DNA from: a virus
Lineage: Duplodnaviria > Caudoviricetes
Virus record (IMG/VR): IMGVR_UViG_3300031994_000047
Location: 30,304 to 94,303 of that record
Reading direction: 5' to 3' (one strand)
Length of the DNA: 64,000 nt
Part shown: piece by piece, positions 63,043-64,000 of the stretch
How positions within the stretch are numbered: the first letter of the stretch is position 1
Layout of the letters: every line of letters starts with the position of its first letter
Notes under the pieces: generated by a model
The model's input: the letters and a program-made list of their open reading frames with translations, nothing else
Database searches by the model: none
What the model was told of the DNA's origin: nothing
Translations under genes and position numbers: made by a program

Positions 63043-63111
63043 AACTTATCTCCTTTTTTATTTTCTATAAATATTATAGCATAAATTTTTTGAAATGTCA
63101 AAATTTCTTAG

Positions 63112-63185
63112 TGGAGTCCGTAGCGAGTGCTGCCCTCGCGCCCGAAGCTTGGAAGGCTTCTATACTACTGTTATACGACACGGAC
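63112..63185 (-). tRNA. tRNA-Gly(TCC)
   Basis: GAAGC-CTTCCAA-GCTTC, CCA. Confidence 0.85.
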
Positions 63186-63188
63186 AAG

Positions 63189-63265
63189 TGGTGGCGCCTG
63201 TGGGACTCGAACCCACAAAACCACGCTTTTGAGGCGCGTATGTCTACCAGTTGCATCACGACGCC
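63189..63265 (-). tRNA. tRNA-Leu(CAA), short variable region
   Basis: CGCGC-CTCAAAA-GCGTG, Leu-type D arm, CCA. Confidence 0.8.
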
Positions 63266-63268
63266 ATA

Positions 63269-63352
63269 TGGTGTGCAAAGTGGGATTTGAACCCACAAGC
63301 CAAAGGCAAAAGTTTCTAAGACTTTCATGTCTACCGGTTCCATCATTTGCAC
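63269..63352 (-). tRNA. tRNA-Leu(TAG)
   Basis: AAAGT-CTTAGAA-ACTTT, variable arm, CCA. Confidence 0.88.
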
Positions 63353-63355
63353 ATA

Positions 63356-63440
63356 TGGTAGGGGAAGTGGGACTCGAACCCACACGCTTTGCGGCATCGC
63401 GTCTTAAGCGCGATGTGGCTACCAATTACACCATTCCCCC
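63356..63440 (-). tRNA. tRNA-Leu(TAA)
   Basis: TCGCG-CTTAAGA-CGCGA, variable arm, CCA. Confidence 0.9.
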
Positions 63441-63446
63441 ATAGAT

Positions 63447-63533
63447 TGGTGCGCCGGGTTGGAGTTGCACCAACGATGTTTCTCGTGTTATGGTTTTACA
63501 GACCACTGCCCTCGCTGCTAGGCATACCGACGC
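63447..63533 (-). tRNA. tRNA-Tyr(GTA)
   Basis: GTGGT-CTGTAAA-ACCAT, long variable arm, CCA. Confidence 0.85.
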
Positions 63534-63539
63534 ATATAG

Positions 63540-63616
63540 TGGTGCACCATCTTAGAATTGAACTAAGGACCTTCGACTTATGAGATCGTTGCTCTAACCA
63601 ACTGAGCTAATGGTAC
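63540..63616 (-). tRNA. tRNA-Met/Ile2(CAT)
   Basis: CGAT-CTCATAA-GTCG, CCA. Confidence 0.85.
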
Positions 63617-63619
63617 ATT

Positions 63620-63694
63620 TGGGGTAAGAGATCGGTTACGATCCGACGTCAGAGGAGCCACAATCCTCCGTTCTACCATTGAACTACTCTCACC
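63620..63694 (-). tRNA. tRNA-His(GTG)
   Basis: GAGGA-TTGTGGC-TCCTC, G-1/C73, CCA. Confidence 0.85.
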
Positions 63695-63705
63695 ATTTAG
63701 ATTTT

Positions 63706-63781
63706 TGGCGGTTCTACCGAGGTTTGAACTCGGATTTTCAATGTGACAGACTGATGTTTTAGCCGCTTAAACTATAGAACC
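63706..63781 (-). tRNA. tRNA-Asp(GTC)
   Basis: TCAGT-CTGTCAC-ATTGA, G73, CCA. Confidence 0.88.
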
Positions 63782-63789
63782 ATATATTT

Positions 63790-63866
63790 TGGAGAGAAGG
63801 AACAGATTCGAACTGTTGAATAACGGTTTTGCAAACCGCCGCGATACCAGACTACGCCACCTTCCC
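63790..63866 (-). tRNA. tRNA-Cys(GCA)
   Basis: GCGGT-TTGCAAA-ACCGT, U73, CCA. Confidence 0.88.
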
Positions 63867-64000
63867 ATTTACCACCACATAGCGGGCGCAATTATCGCCC
63901 AAGCTTCAAGAACTTCTTTTTCTTCTTCATAGGTATCAATTTTTTGTTCTGAAAAGATTATATTCAAAAGACCAATCATATGTCTTATAAGTTCTTTTTG

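Noticed and set aside
63189-63265. Opal (TCA) suppressor reading of this tRNA
   Set aside because: The best 5-bp stem with a 7-nt loop centres CAA (Leu); TGA is used as a real stop throughout.
63090-63583. Track ORFs over 63.1-63.6 kb and 59370-59717
   Set aside because: They overlap tRNA genes and structured RNAs.

Overview
A 64-kb segment of a large tailed phage with siphovirus-type morphogenesis genes and Firmicutes-type promoters and ribosome-binding sites. It uses a recoded genetic code in which TAG is read as Gln (table 15), so the supplied ORF track is badly fragmented. (1) 1-29,205 (-) is a contiguous late operon once TAG=Gln: a regulator-like gene, a TerS-like gene, TerL split by two group I introns (one carrying an HNH endonuclease), portal, protease/scaffold, decoration, MCP, neck, tail chaperone, three tail-tube paralogues, a 2,200-aa tape measure, Dit, a Tal-like protein and a fibre. 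(2) 29,600-40,040 (+) is an early/host-takeover module of about 21 short cassettes. Each has its own sigma70 promoter and a recurring set of operator-like motifs, and none of the genes contains TAG. The module includes an Ala-identity tRNA-like RNA. (3) 40,040-41,500 is a repeat- and hairpin-rich non-coding convergence region (origin candidate). (4) 41,500-64,000 (-) holds accessory genes (phosphoesterases, polynucleotide kinase, RNA ligase, nicotinamidase, KTSC, PhoH, ClpP, HNHs), a GOLLD-like large ncRNA candidate and 14 tRNAs, including an amber (CUA) suppressor. The best candidate for an undescribed system is a Ro60/TROVE-like vWA protein gene (59,794-61,350) flanked by five covarying stem-CAGCAAU RNA elements. 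One element encloses a circularly permuted tRNA module and another sits next to the gene's own RBS. All calls are by eye, without database searches.
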